DNA of 64,000 nt from Eledone cirrhosa (lineage: Eukaryota). The notes beneath the pieces are model-generated. The model made no database searches. It was not told where the DNA came from and worked only from the letters and a program-made list of their open reading frames with translations. The stretch is taken from positions 364,560,001 through 364,624,000 of the forward strand of contig OZ024743.1 of assembly GCA_964016885.1 (NCBI GenBank), read 5' to 3'. This document shows, one piece after another, positions 34,738-46,479 of this stretch; within the stretch, counting starts at the first letter, position 1; every line of letters begins with the position of its first letter. The position numbers and the translations under genes were made by a program.

Positions 34738-35088
34738 ACAAAAATACACCCCCGTCCCACTACCCTCACCCCATCCACACCACCTCTTTCAATGTAAAGC
34801 TATGTTGGTACCACAACATCCAATCCGAAACAAATGAGGTCGTGGAGGTGTCACGACAAAAAAACACACAGTCCATGCTGTAATGTGGCCGTGTAGGTAA
34901 CACGGTAAAAACCTCCCAGTCCACACTGTAAACGTGGTTGGTGTTAGGAAGGGCATCCAGCCGTAGAAAACCCGCCAGACAGTCCTATACGAGCAAGACA
35001 ACCAATCTTGCCTCAAGTGGGAAAATTCCAGTCCAAACCCATGCAAGCGTGGAAGATGGACGTTAAACGATGATGATGATGATGATGA
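34738..35088 (+). mobile_element. RTE 3' UTR-only insertion
   Basis: Homologous to 20325-20666; (GAT)n tail; flanked by (TA)n. Confidence 0.9.
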
Positions 35089-35109
35089 TATATATATACA
35101 TATATATAA

Positions 35110-35146
<37 letters not shown>

Positions 35147-35180
35147 CACACATGCACGCACACACACATATATATATATG

Positions 35181-35584
35181 TAAATGTAATCTGAGTTTTT
35201 CGAATATTTATAATAATATTCGATTCATTTGCAATTATGCAAACAGCCTCTTTTATAAGCCATATCAGAAGAATGAGCCCCTCATTCTCGTTCTTGTGTT
35301 GGCATACAAACAGAACTGCAGACACTAATGTTTCTGGGTGATTACCCTTCATCAGAGCTAGTGAAAATATATGAAATTTTCTGAAATATAGAGTGACTGA
35401 TCGGCTTGATTTGCGTATTAGCAGACTGGCTGATCAGTCAGATCTGCATATTAGCAGACACACTGATCAGCCTGATTTGCATATCAGCAGATAGGCCAGC
35501 CAGACATGGCTTATAAAAGAGGCTGTTTGCATAATTGCAAATCGAATATTATTAGTGATATTCGAAAAACTCAGATTACATTTA
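35181..35584. mobile_element. Fold-back element with about 80-bp inverted arms, an internal hammerhead-like core and 3 x ~33-bp repeats
   Basis: Arms 35181-35263 and 35506-35584; minus-strand CTGATGA-a-gggt(aatc)accc-a-GAAA at 35331-35355; repeats 35397-35492. Confidence 0.65.
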
Positions 35585-35618
35585 TTGTATTCAGCCACGT
35601 AGAGCGATAACTAATTGT

Positions 35619-35664
<46 letters not shown>

Positions 35665-35667
<3 letters not shown>

Positions 35668-38423
35668 GCACATTCTTTACTCTGTGATGGGGTTTTCAGT
35701 AGAGCTGGGTACAACTTGTTTCACAAAGACTGCATTAATCATCGTGGTAGTGGTGGTGTGATGGTCTACATTCGTTCAAACTTTTCAACAATTCTTTGTG
35801 TTGATTTGAACCAATCACAAGAAGTATTTTTCTGTGATATAGGTATGACCACGTCAACCCATCTTGGAGTTGTTTACCACCCCCCAAATTATCATCAGGA
35901 CACACTACTGCTTTGTGACATCCTTAGAGCTCCTGCCAGGAAAATAGCCACTTATGTTTTTATTGCGGCGGACTTCAATCACCCTGAGATTGATTGGGAA
36001 GCCTTTCATTGGCCACAAAGTGCAAATGATTTCCTTGAGCTAGTGTTTGACTCGAACTGGTCCCAAGTAGTCACCTCCCCAACATGAGGTGACAACACTT
36101 TGGATTTACACTTTACCACTACTCCTGAAATGGTTATTAGTGTTACTACTGAGGAACTTTTAGGTGACTCTGATCATGCTATGATCATTGCTAATCTGTT
36201 TCTTATGGGCAGTAACAAAAACCACAATCACTTCCAAACTGTTTGCTTTAACTGGAATAAAGCAGACTGGAACCCTTACTGCACTGAGCTATAACGCCCA
36301 AACTGGCTTGAATTTTACAACTCTGGAGATGTGACTACTATACTTCAGAACATACTAAACTCAATATGGACAGCATGTGCAGCATCAGTGCCACGTAAGC
36401 AGAAAATACATCCCAAAAGTACAATTTGGGAGACTGCAGCAGTCTGACTTGCCAGCAAAGAACGTCATAATGCTGAATGGAAATACAAACTGCATAAATC
36501 AGATATCAAGGCGAAAAAAAGCAAAATAAATCATCCCACCATCTCAAGCATGTCACAAAAAAGGCAGTGCTTGAATTTGAAAGGCACATAGCAACCAACC
36601 CTGACAGCAAGGTGTTCTGGAAATATGTACATTCAAAGCAGAAACCTCACTTTCCAGTTGCTCCTCTTTACAATCCCACACAAGCCAGGTTACTGATGAC
36701 CCCAAGGAATGCGCAGAATTCATTGCTGAATGCTATGCAGGCATTTTCACTGTTGACATCAAATTCTATAACAACTATGGAATTTACACCTGCAATGCTG
36801 CGATGTCACCTTAAGAATAAACGCAACCATGCCTCTCCTGGTCTTGATGGTGTTATGTACCTGCTTCTCAAACGTGGTGAGTACTTCCTTCTGCACCAAC
36901 TTTCACTCTTCTTTCAATTCTGTCTTAACAACGGTGCTACTCCAGTGCAGTGGAAAACTGCCAGTGTCATTCCTTTGTTCAAAAAGGGTGACCGCACGTC
37001 GCCTGTCAACTATCTTCCAGTCAGTCTTACTAGCTACATTGCCAAACTGATGGAATCCTGTGTCAGAGAAACACTCTGGAACTTCTGGAATTCTCACAGT
37101 CTTATCTGGCCCTCGCAATTTGTATTTATCCCCAACTCCAGCTGCTGTGATCAACTTATTGAGTTTCTTGAAGACATCACCTGGATGGTGGCTCAGGAGT
37201 GGATATTGTTTACCTTGACTTTGCTAAAGCTTTAAATTTTGTGTCACACAAAAGACTTATGGCAAAACTCTCTACAATGGGTGTGAAGGATGATCTTTTT
37301 AAGTGGTTGAAGTCCTTCATTCTCAGTTGAAGAGAGGTAGTCACAGTTCTAGGACAGCATTCTTCACTATATGAGATGTCATCTAGTGTACCACAAGTAT
37401 CTGTTCTTGATCTCCTTTTGTTTGTTGCATATATTAATGACATAGATACCATCTTAAAGAATGCCACAGTGCTGAATTATGCAGATGACAAAGAACAGAT
37501 CCTGTACACTATAGATCTTTCCTGGAATCAGATCTGGACACAATGCAGCAATGGATCATGGACTGGCAACTCAAGTTGGCTGTGGACAAGTGTACCATCA
37601 TGCATTTTGGGAGGAAAACCCCAGCATCCACATACTCCCTCTACAACACTAATAACAAGAAGTCTTCTTGTGAACGTGACCTGGGTGTTACTGTCAGCAG
37701 CGATTTGCGTTGGACAAAGCACATCTCTAAAATTGTCAAGAAGGCCAAAGGTACCTTGGCATTACTCAGCAATACCTTTGTCAGCTGCTCTCCAGCTATC
37801 TATTTAAAGCTGTATATAGCTATGGTGTGGCAACATTTAGAATTTGCATCACTAGTCTGGAAGCCTTATCTTGCTCAGAACATTGACCTCCTGGAAACTG
37901 TTCAGAGACGTGCAACCAAGCGAATACCCTCCATCAGGCATCTACCATACTCTGAACGCCATGCTTCCCTGGGCATGGATACATTGAAGCTCCGACGTCT
38001 GGCAACTGACTTGGTAAACACCCATAAAATTATTAACCATCTTGCCAACAACAACCCTGAGCACCTTTTTGAACACCATGTGTCTAACACACATGGGTAT
38101 GCCTACAAAGTCAGAAAACAGCACAACTCCCATGACTTTCAGAAACATTTTTTCACACTCAGAGTTGCTGAAGCATGGAACAAACTACTTGCATCAGTTG
38201 TTAGCTGCTGAGACACTGCATCCTTTAAAACCTTCATACTTCCTGAAATTCGGCAAGACTACACCTGAATTCCCCCCTCCATACACACACACACATGTAT
38301 ATCATGACTCATATACTGTTCACTTTCCTGACATTTGTAGATTATTCTCTGTACTATACATACACTTTTGATGAGTTGTAGTGCACCTGAGCACTGTACA
38401 CAATAATTTCATTATTATTATTA
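35665..38423 (+). mobile_element. CR1-like LINE, 5'-truncated and disabled
   Basis: GGGVMVYIR, ADFNHPEIDW, KKGDRTSPVNY.PVSLTS, YINDI..YADD, ERDLGVTV, FFTLRVAEAWNKL; (ATT)n tail; (TA)n on both sides. Confidence 0.9.
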
Positions 38424-38438
38424 TATATATATATACAT

Positions 38439-38649
38439 ATCATTTCAAAAGGTTGAATGAACCATGATACTATTGATAGCAGTTATGTAACACCATATCA
38501 TCAGTCTCGATAAAATAGATCCATCTCCCCATGAGGAAATCTGTGAGATGGATCTATTTTATCAAGACCAATAATATGGAGTTACATAACTGCTATCAAT
38601 TGGTCAATATATCAATAGTATCATGGTTCATTCAACCTTTTGAAATGAT
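38439..38649. repeat. About 210-bp fold-back hairpin
   Basis: atcatttcaaaaggttgaatgaaccatgatactattgata...atagatccatctc pairs with gagatggatctat...tatcatggttcattcaaccttttgaaatgat. Confidence 0.85.
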
Positions 38650-39129
38650 CATAAAACAATGAACTCATTAAATACTAAACCTCATCTTTTTTATCTTCAT
38701 TGTTCAACCTATATATTTGCCTCAATAGTTCTTTTGAATACACAACAAAATCTACTATGATGCCATTTTCCCACAAAATCCAGCAGGTAAAAGGGATGCT
38801 AAATGATGATGATGATGACAATGATGATAGAAAATGGTTAAAGAATATATGTGTATCTCTCTTCTCTTTCTCTGTACATATCATCATCATCATCATCATT
38901 TTACGCCCGCTTTTCCCTGCTTGCAAGTGTGGGACGGGAACTGTTGTCCAGAGTTGATGGGAAGAGACCAGATAGTCTTATCCTTTGTCCCTGGGTAAGA
39001 GGTAGATGTTTCATTTTATACACTACAGTCAGTGACGCTTTTGCTCCTTCCCATATCCTGGATGTTGTGATAAATATGAGGGCAGTTTCCTTAACCGAAA
39101 GTAACAAAACATTTTAATACCAGGAATTA

Positions 39130-39420
39130 TCGATAAACTATTTTTTCCAACCTGTAGCATTCAAGACGTTTAGAGGAGCTGGGCTGCTGGCAATGAAGTT
39201 CGGTGACGTTCATGGAGATGCTTAGTTGTTACAGCGCCTTGGCATCACAAACACCCACGGTAACGCTGCCAGAGCATTGGCTTGCCTCAAAAAGTATTAG
39301 AGGGAGGCTCCGGCATTCCTTATTGTGTGTGAACAATTGAGATACTTAGTGTTGACTTAATATTTACTTTCGTGTTGATTCGACATTTTCATGTGATATT
39401 CATTTTATAATGTTTAATAT
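39130..39420 (+). mobile_element. CRE-clade 3' remnant
   Basis: LLQRLGITNTHGNAARALACL resembles the L.QR.S.A..RGNA terminus; related to 41685-41770 and 62455-62560. Confidence 0.55.
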
Positions 39421-39422
39421 AC

Positions 39423-39707
39423 AATAATTGTTTCTACTTTTAGTACAAGGCCAACAATTATCCCAGTGTATTACTGGTACTTTATTTTATTGAATAATAA
39501 TTAGAATTAAAGATTATAATTGTTTCTACTTTTGGCACAAGGCCTGCAATTACCCAGTACATTACTGGTACTTTATGTTATCGACCCCATAAGGATGAAA
39601 GGCAAAGTAAACCTCGACGGGATTTGAACTCAGACCGTAAAGGGACGTAACTATGCTAGAAAGCATGGCGTCCAACCCTTTACCGGTACTGCCAATTCAC
39701 TGCCCTG
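39423..39707 (-). mobile_element. Two tandem tRNA-derived SINEs
   Basis: Tail fragment 39423-39493 plus full copy 39516-39707. Confidence 0.85.
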
Positions 39708-39787
39708 AAATTAAAGATTATAATGTTTACAATTTATAAAAGAAAAAAGGTAATATAATAATAAAATGCTTACAGAATGAAAATATA

Positions 39788-41397
39788 GACACCATGGCCC
39801 CTCTCAACGTTTGGTACCTGGACGATGCTACGCTGGGCGGGCCCGTGGCACTGTCTGCCATGACCTTCAATCGGTGGTTCTTGCCCTGGCGGGAATCGGC
39901 TTCCAGGTCAACTCATTCAAGCCGGAAGTGGTGAATGTCAACTATGATGCTCAGAGCTTTGCAGCCTCCATCTTGGACATGCGGTCCATTCTCCACCAGG
40001 TACAGGTGACCTCCAAAGAGGATGTCCTCATCCTCGGGTCACTGATCCACTCGCCAGCCATCCGATCCACCATCAGGTCTAGGCTCCAACAACTCCAGGC
40101 CCTCACGAGCCAACTGGGCTTGATCGATGGCCATCCAGCTCTCTTCCTGTTGAGGAACTGCTTCGCCATGCCGAAGCACCTCTACACCCTTTGCACCGCT
40201 CCGTGCTACAGCCATGCATCTCTCCTCGCTGACCTCGATACTTGTATCCGAGCGACAGCTGAGGAGCTATGCAACGTCAGGTTTGACGACATTGGATGGC
40301 AACAGGCCACTTTACCTGTCAGATTTGGCGGCCTTGGCTGCCAGTCCCCGATCTCGCTGGCTTTTCTTTCATCGGTAACATCATGCCGCGTCCTCCAAAA
40401 CACAATAGAACCCTCTTTGTTAGGGGAACGTGAGGTCGCCTGTGAGACGTGGGGCAGGCTGGGACTTAGCCTGGTAGACGTCCCTCCTCCTTCTCCCCCT
40501 GCCGACGTCAAGTCCCCCCCAAAGCGTATGGGATGCCATTCAGTGCAGCCTGGCCTCAGACAGGCTCACGTGCCAGCTCGACCAGCACCGCCTTGCCTGT
40601 TTTCGTGTGGCCTCCAAACCCCAGTTTCCTTGAGGCTTGGACTCCGGATCTGCGAGCCACATAAATGTCGCTGTGAATCCACCGTGGACTCTTTTGGACT
40701 CCACCTGCTTTCCTGTTGCCACAGTGCCGGCCGCCTTCCATACCATGCTGCCCTCAATGAGGTCATTAAGCATGGCTTTGACACTGCAGGCTTCCCCTCC
40801 CAGCTCGAGCCGGTGGGGCTGGACCAAGGGAATGGCAAAAGGCCAGACGGTATGACCATCTTCCTGTTCCACAGTGGCAAACCCCTCGTCTGGGATGCTA
40901 CTTGCAGCGACACTTTCTCCAACCACAACCTGGTGCAGTCTGCGACTAACCCAGGTACTGCTGCACTGAGAGGCCAAACTCTCCAAATACCAGTTGCTCT
41001 CTGACAGGTTCGCGGTCGTGCCCTTGGCAGTGGAGACTTCTGGTGTCATTGGCCCTATGGGGTACCTCCCTACTCACCACCATAGGCGCTGAGCTGGCCA
41101 GCCGCAGGTGTGAGCCTTGCGAGTTGGAATGGCTCTTCCAGCGCATCTCCCTTACCATCCTGTCCGTTGGGGCTGTGGGGAGGCCAACACATGGGACCCC
41201 ATTTACTCACCATACGGATTAATAGGCAAAGTTATAAACTATTGTAAATAAATCATTATTGTGGCTTGCTTTTTTTTTTTTAAAAAAAAGCATTATATTA
41301 AATTTTTATACAAATGAGTTTTAAAAAAAATGGAATATACACAATACTTAATGAATAAAAATATAAACGCATAATATATACAATACTTAATGAATAC
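39788..41397 (+). mobile_element. CRE-clade non-LTR retrotransposon, 5'-truncated (RT end, CCHC knuckle, RLE)
   Basis: WYLDDATLG, WQQATLPVRFGGLG, CRC..DSFGLHLLSC, EP.GL...GKRPDGMT..GKPLVWDATCSDT; 21-bp direct repeat tgcttacagaatgaaaatata at 39767 and 41398. Confidence 0.85.
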
Positions 41398-41964
41398 TGC
41401 TTACAGAATGAAAATATAAACGCATATATAAATACAATTAATTATTTCGCTGGACTTTATAAATGTAATACACAAAAATGTTATCAAAGCGAATGGAAAA
41501 CAAAAACCCATCAATTCACCACCAAGTTCGTCATTCGATCACACACAAGGGTCAACGGAAATTTTTGAGGCAAGCCTTTTATTTTATATAATAATATATC
41601 TCCTATTTATTTTTGTAAGCCGTATTCTTAATAATTCGCTTTGAAACCAAGTTCGTAAATAAAATACTGCAAAACACTTAGTTCTACGCGATAATGTTGC
41701 GGGCGTGTTGGCTTGCCTCAAAAATTTCCGATGATCCTGTGGTGTGTGACAGATTGAGGTACTTAGAATTGATTTTTTTTGTCTATTCTATTTATAAGAT
41801 TCCTAGCAATAACTAATTGATTATATGTATGTACTTCTATTTAATCTTATATATTTGTTATAAAAGTCCTATAAAAAAAAAAAAAAATATATATATATAT
41901 AGCAACTTCAAAGTGGAAGATTACTTTATAAAACATTACTTTTTTTATTGACAGGACCAATTTC

Positions 41965-42300
41965 TTTGACTCCCACATATTGTGACACGCTCTCCACCTC
42001 CAACTTAGTCACTTCGGCCACAAATCCCGGTATTGCGGCCTGCAATGCACAGGACAGGAAGACAAACAAGTACCGGGGATTGTCCGGCCGCTTCCTCTTC
42101 GCTGTCGAGATCTCAGGCGTCCTTGGACCCCATACTGCTGAGCTCCTCCGAAAGATCGGAATGCCAGCAGCCCACCTAAGGGAGGAGCATCGCGAGCTTA
42201 GGTTGCTGTTACAGCGGGTGTCACTGGCTATTGCCCGCAGAAATGCTTTTGCAGTTTTTTCTGCACCCTAGACCCAGAGCCCATCACTCTCTCCCTTCTT
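41965..42300 (+). mobile_element. CRE-clade RLE 3' fragment
   Basis: TYCDTLS..KTNKY..FAVEISGVLGP..LLQRVSLAIARRNA. Confidence 0.8.
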
Positions 42301-42358
42301 CTGAGGCCCTAGAGTCCTTGCTTTTCCCCTCATTTATGGTTTTGATAGTCCTTTCCTC

Positions 42359-42919
42359 GGCACTACCATGCTATTAGCTGTCAGAAGTGAAAGTTTCGTC
42401 AACCTTCTCAATTGTAAACATCGTTTATTTCCGTATTACCACGTCATATGACAGCTAATACAATGAACTTAAATGAATTTTCACCAACAGTGGAGTTACT
42501 TCTGACAGCTACCATGAACTATATTTTCATAGTCATGGTTATCAATGTAGAAAACAAGTCATGTTCACCAACAGTGGAGTTAACTTAAATGAAAATATAG
42601 GTGGCCCTTAAAAGGGCCAAATTAGAAAACAAATATATGGTTATCAAATTTTTTTCACCAACCTTATACATGAAATTGATAACCATGACTATGAAAATAT
42701 AAATGATTAAATCCAATTTATTTGATAACCATGACTTGTTTTCTAATTAACTTAAATTTGTTTTCTAATTTGGCCCTTTTAAGGGCCACCTATATTTTCA
42801 TTTAAGTACATCGATATGCTTTATTAAAATAACGCGTGGTAATACGGAAATAAACGATGTTTACGATTGAGAAGGTTGACGAAACTTTCACTTCTGACAG
42901 CTAATAGCATGGTAGTGCC
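42359..42919. mobile_element. MITE, probably Merlin superfamily
   Basis: About 85-bp near-perfect TIRs starting GGCACTACCATGCTATTAGC; perfect 8-bp TSD CTTTCCTC at 42351-42358 and 42920-42927; GG termini plus 8-bp TSD fit Merlin. Confidence 0.75.
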
Positions 42920-43219
42920 CTTTCCTCTACTTTCCCATACAGCCAGACCTGCCCTTCTTTACCCCTTCCCCATTTTCGCATTAGTTAATTTTGCTATTAT
43001 TCTATTGACTTCGGAAGGTAAAAAAGCTGTTTCGATAGGATTCGTCGTCAAGACATAATGTGTCGTAAACTAAATGACGCAATGCACATTGTCCACTACT
43101 CTACCAAATTAGTTTTGATTACAGTTGGGCGTTGTTAGTTTTGTTAATTGGTCAAGTTCTATTTCTGAACAATAATAGGAAATGAAGAAATTTTAAAATT
43201 TTAGGACAGGATTGCATAT

Positions 43220-43965
43220 ATTTTATTAACCATTTTGCCAACAACAACCCTGAGTACCTTTTTGATTTCCATGTGTCTAACACACGTGGGCATGCCCACA
43301 AAGTCAGAAAATAGTACAGTTCCCATGACTTTCGGAAACATTTTTTCACGCTCAGAGTTGCTAAAGCATGGAACAAACTATCTGCATCAGTTGTTAGCTG
43401 TCGAAACACTGCATCCTTTAAAACCTCCATGCTTCCCAGATTCGCCAACACTATACCTAATATTCCCCCTCCATACACATACACACATGTATATCATGAC
43501 TCATTCACTATTTACTTCCCTGACATTTGTATATTATTCTATGTACTGATGGTGGATTGGCAGCATAGTTACGTCCCTTTACGATCTGAGTTCAAATCCC
43601 ACCGAGGTTGACTTTCATCCTTACGGGGTCGATAAAATAAAGTACCAGTAATGCACTGGATTTTGCTGGCCTTGTGCCTAAAGTGGAAACAATTATTCTA
43701 TGTACTTGGCAGTATCGGTAGAGAGTCGGACACCATGCTTTGAAGCATAGAGTTATAGCCCTTTCCATTCTGAGTTCAAATCCCACCAAGGTTAACTTTG
43801 CCTTTCATCCTTACGGAGTCGATCGATAAAATAAAGTACCAGTAATGTACTGGATATTTGCTGGCATTGTGCCAAAAGTAGAAAAAATTATTCTATGTAC
43901 TATACATGCACCTTTGACGAGTTGTAGTGCACCTGAGCACTGTACACAACCATTTCATTATTATT
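43220..43965 (+). mobile_element. CR1-like LINE 3' end split by two SINEs (43548-43691, 43707-43886)
   Basis: Homologous to 38028-38423 and 50615-51025; attattctatgtact present three times around the SINEs. Confidence 0.9.
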
Positions 43966-44623
43966 TAAGTGTGTGCGTATATACTGCTAATTTAACACTG
44001 AAATGTCGGAACACAATGTATTTTTTATCTTATTAAAATAAAAAGAATTAGAGTAAAACAGCTGTGTGAAAAGTCTAAGGGAGATAACTATGTAGATGTT
44101 TAGTGCGTCTTCCCCGGCTTTGTTTTCTCAACTTACTATTTTTAAATGAAATTTTACAGACATGTTTTCCATGATGCAGATTATGATTATGTTGACAATT
44201 TTGTTAAAACTAGTTAAGTGTTTTTATACTTCATTATTGTATATTATTGTATATATTTCCGTTCGTTATATATACTGAATACTTTCGATTTGTTCTAATA
44301 GGAGGGCTAAACGTAGACTTGGGAAATGATTTTCAACATGTCTTCAAATTTCCTGTTAATGAATTATATCAATCAGGACAATAACATATATTCTACAAGA
44401 ACACAATATCATTTCTACATCTATCAATTGTGAGAATTAAAAAAAATCTTACAACATTGGCGCAATCTGCAAATTCGAAAACTTATCTCTGCTCATTTTC
44501 ATTTTAAAATATGCATTATTCAGAAAATATTGAGGAACCAAATTCGGGAAAAGAACACACACACACTAAACTGTAGTTGTGTTGAATATAAACAGTCAAA
44601 AGATAGAGTAACGAAGAAGACTG

Positions 44624-44857
44624 CTACAGCAGTCCCCGTACAAACTCCCTACTCACTGCTATTGTAGTGGAGTTAGAATTGTTATTTCCATGCCTTTCTC
44701 TTGCTATCCTCTGAAGTAATGCTTTCTCCATTCTGTCTACTGGATTCATGAGGTAGCTTGGGTCTGGAGTTCTGCACGCCATAAAGTGTTCTCCTACACC
44801 CTTTGTATCATAGGGGTAGCGATATGGGTTGTTGATACCTATGATATCTGTCGACAT
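44624..44857 (-). CDS. Hypothetical 77-aa protein (orphan small ORF or unrecognised terminal exon)
   Basis: ATG-initiated, non-repetitive, protein-like composition, more GC-rich than flanks, no TE similarity seen; TATAAAA (44972-44978, minus) and CACGTG (44936) upstream. Confidence 0.4.
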   Translation of the reverse strand: MSTDIIGINNPYRYPYDTKGVGEHFMACRTPDPSYLMNPVDRMEKALLQRIARERHGNNNSNSTTIAVSREFVRGLL

Positions 44858-45474
44858 GCACGCATATAAACCTGTCTATTAACTGTTTATCTATACATTT
44901 CTAACTGCTACAGTATTTTAGAGCTGACAAGCAGTCACGTGTTGGTGTGCAAGTATAAAGGTGTCCAACGATTTTATATCTCTGGCAAATGGACGTTTAC
45001 AGTATGCAAGGTAACTAGAGAGAATGTAATTTGGTAAACTAGAGGTAACATGATTGAGATTGTTGGCAATGAAGTTCTTTAGCTCCAATGTCAGCCCTCT
45101 GCTTCAACTGTGCCCATCCTTTCCTCTAAACCTAATTTTGTCACATTTTCATATTCTCTATGATGGTGACACTCCCTCACCCTGTTCCATGTATGAATGT
45201 CTGTAGATATATAGGATGGCTTCAGTTGGAATACATTTGTTTAGCTCCAAGGTCAGTCTTCATTGAGCAAACCTATGTTCAAATCCATTCTGTGGCCATC
45301 CAGTCTTTGTATATGAAGAATATCTAATATAACCTTTACTGTAGTAATGGGATTAGGGGCAGAAATTTGGCTACTATTTTTAACAGATCAGGCAACTATG
45401 TAGAAGCTCTCTTGTACTTCATCCATGGTTGTATGTATTTTTCCACCAGATTACTCTTATAACAGTCTTCGAAA

Positions 45475-45630
45475 CAGGGCTTATGAGAGGGGTGACCAGC
45501 CGGTACTTTTGTTCAAGAGCTGAGAAGGCCCCACAGCACCATGCAACATCCATTTTGAGAAAAATCTTTGCCTGCTTCAGGCCCCAAAGGGGTCTTGTAC
45601 TACCTTAAAAAATTTCTCTTGGAGGCCCTG
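45475..45630. mobile_element. hAT-like MITE, old
   Basis: CAGGGCTTATGAGAG / CTCTTGGAGGCCCTG ends; degenerate 8-bp TSD cttcgaaa / cttctaac. Confidence 0.45.
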
Positions 45631-46076
45631 CTTCTAACCCTAATTTATTCTTCTCTACAACCACACTCAAAGACCCTGGTTCTAGTTCACTGCCTTCATC
45701 ACTTGTGGACATTTGTGTATATGCATCAGAAATGACATGCATGTGGTGGTACTTTAAGAAATCACTTCATTCATGATAGCATGAGAAAATAAATATATAA
45801 AGAAGTGAGTGTAACATTCTTAGTGATATTTCACATTAAATGCATTATATTTTTCTGGTGACCTTTTTCCATACTTTAGTGTAAAGGCAAATCATTTCAT
45901 TCTTGTGTACATTGATGAATTTCATTTTGTTAATGATTTTTTTCCTTGTACTTAAAGCTATTTTATATATTAAAAAAATATTTTATTATCAATTAGGATA
46001 TACAATATTTAGATAATTTGAAGTAGTTGACAAGAGCCACAGCACTATAGCTGCCTGCCTTAATGGTAGGTTAAAT

Positions 46077-46277
46077 ATGAGGGTCAGCTGTAAAGTTCAT
46101 AGGCTGACTATGAAGGAGTGATGCTAGAGCTGTGAAATCTTGCATACATTAATTTCAATGCTTCTTATTAATAACTGCATTGTTTCTTTCCATGGACTAT
46201 GTTGAAACATATACCTCATTTGGACATTTCATGAGAATATCTTGGTCAGTCAATGAACTTTTCAGACGACTCTCAGA
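46077..46277. mobile_element. Tc1/mariner-like MITE, old
   Basis: tatgagggtcagctgtaaagttcataggctgac pairs imperfectly with gtcagtcaatgaacttttcagacgactctca. Confidence 0.5.
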
Positions 46278-46479
46278 TGGTAATATTTTTTTTCAATAAA
46301 GCGTTTATTTTGCTTATATGTTAAGTGTATCCTTGTGTACGGCTGACCTCTACAAAATGGGTCATTCAGGAAAGGCTGGATACTATATAAATTCAATATT
46401 CTAAAATTGTTGTGGTGGTTTTTGATTTTAAATCAATTTCTGCAACAACTCTGGGAAACTAAACCAGAACAACCTGCCA

